From NCBI RefSeq assembly GCF_021869535.1, contig NW_026262690.1:110608001-110672000 (forward strand): DNA of 64,000 bases. The letters are read 5' to 3'. Under the pieces are notes generated by a model, which worked only from the letters and a program-made list of their open reading frames with translations, was not told the origin of the DNA and searched no databases. Source of the stretch: Mytilus californianus (Eukaryota). A program made the translations under genes and the position numbers. This document shows, piece by piece, positions 63,830 to 64,000 of the stretch (position 1 is its first letter; each line of letters starts with the position of its first letter).

Positions 63830-64000
63830 AGCTGAGCCTGAAGGATGACAGCCTTGCCGGAGGTTATCCTGGGGGATATTTACTCCCCCATATGATGCCT
63901 AGTCAGATTCCGTCCTCAACAACATCTCCGCACGATGGTCGGATGTTAACGATGCTTGATGGCTCTTTATCATTCACCAATACTCACAAACTCAAGCACG
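63816..64000 (+). CDS. Downstream coding exon of gene 2, truncated by window end (DSIDKLSLKDDSLAGGYPGGYLLPHMMPSQIPSSTTSPHDGRMLTMLDGSLSFTNTHKLKH...)
   Basis: Acceptor atttatattacag|G at 63815/63816; 61 open codons to the window end; GC rises relative to the flank; one leading nt completes the phase-2 codon from either upstream exon. Confidence 0.75.

Overview
AT-rich eukaryotic genomic DNA with spliceosomal introns, two N gaps and a dense load of MITEs, HINE/Helentron-type elements, LINE relics and minisatellites. The repeat families look like a bivalve, probably Mytilus (inference from recognition, not a search). Two protein-coding loci are supported, both on the + strand. (1) A complete three-exon PPP1R27-like PP1-targeting ankyrin protein: 3298-3475, 5152-5302, 11849-12020; 166 aa; KVRF RVxF motif. 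(2) The 5' part of an unidentified, probably transcription-regulatory gene. It has a large first coding exon (52585-53486, with a PxDLS motif), a second candidate N-terminal exon (58720-58853) and a downstream exon starting at 63816 that runs off the window; all three junctions are phase-2 compatible. The most notable unannotated signals are near-perfect nuclear-receptor response elements (two DR4, two DR5, one IR3), the DR4/DR5 sites lying next to strong orphan splice donors upstream of gene 2; minisatellites that multiply splice sites in frame at both genes; and hammerhead-ribozyme (retrozyme-like) cores. No rRNA, tRNA or CRISPR array is supported. Most ORFs in the supplied track are non-coding artefacts.
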